This document shows, one piece after another, positions 63,909-64,000 of a stretch of 64,000 nt of DNA (its first letter is position 1; every line of letters begins with the position of its first letter). Source of the DNA: Catajapyx aquilonaris. Its lineage: Eukaryota. The stretch is taken from positions 1 through 64,000 of the forward strand of contig KZ538275.1 in the NCBI GenBank assembly GCA_000934665.2. The letters are read 5' to 3'. The notes beneath the pieces were generated by a model that saw nothing but the letters and a program-made list of their open reading frames with translations, ran no database searches and was not told the DNA's origin. The translations under genes were made by a program, and so were the position numbers.

Positions 63909-64000
63909 TACAGTGGGAGTACTGGTAAATAAGAGCCACACTTGTTTCCAATGCTATGCTTGCAAGGGAACAAAATGGCTAACTTTTGCAATGTTGCCAA

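Noticed and set aside
1..64000. Functional gene cluster (WAVE subunit, caveolin, fucose transporter, ZP protein) as a single membrane/cuticle system
   Set aside because: Animal gene neighbours are usually functionally unrelated; only the Hem/SLC35C1 shared promoter has sequence support.

Overview
This is eukaryotic, intron-containing animal DNA, most likely from an arthropod other than Drosophila. That inference rests on a neyo/nyobe-like PAN-ZP cuticle gene, a Hem-type Nap1 and a caveolin, a family Drosophila lacks. I reconstructed six spliced genes by hand from GT-AG junctions with consistent codon phases: (1) Nuclear factor I, + strand, 5'-truncated, 12 exons at 3144-23496; (2) a 3xPAN/Apple + ZP + TM apical matrix protein, - strand, 7 exons; (3) Nap1/NCKAP1/Hem, - strand, 22 exons, about 1120 aa; (4) GDP-fucose transporter SLC35C1, + strand, head-to-head with Hem; (5) caveolin, + strand; (6) the 3' end of an unidentified - strand gene with two apparently alternative, low-complexity C-termini. 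Non-coding DNA holds many fold-back/MITE elements, a decayed RTE-like LINE fragment, Helitron-like ends, satellites and three N gaps. I found no CRISPR array, rRNA, tRNA or prokaryotic-type system, and no clearly novel multi-gene system. The best leads are regulatory: the alternative last exons beside long intronic hairpins, a tandem RFX X-box array plus three CRE palindromes around the ZP gene, a candidate 3-codon alternative NFI terminus, and a long hairpin in the SLC35C1 3'UTR. Family assignments come from recalled motifs, not database searches.
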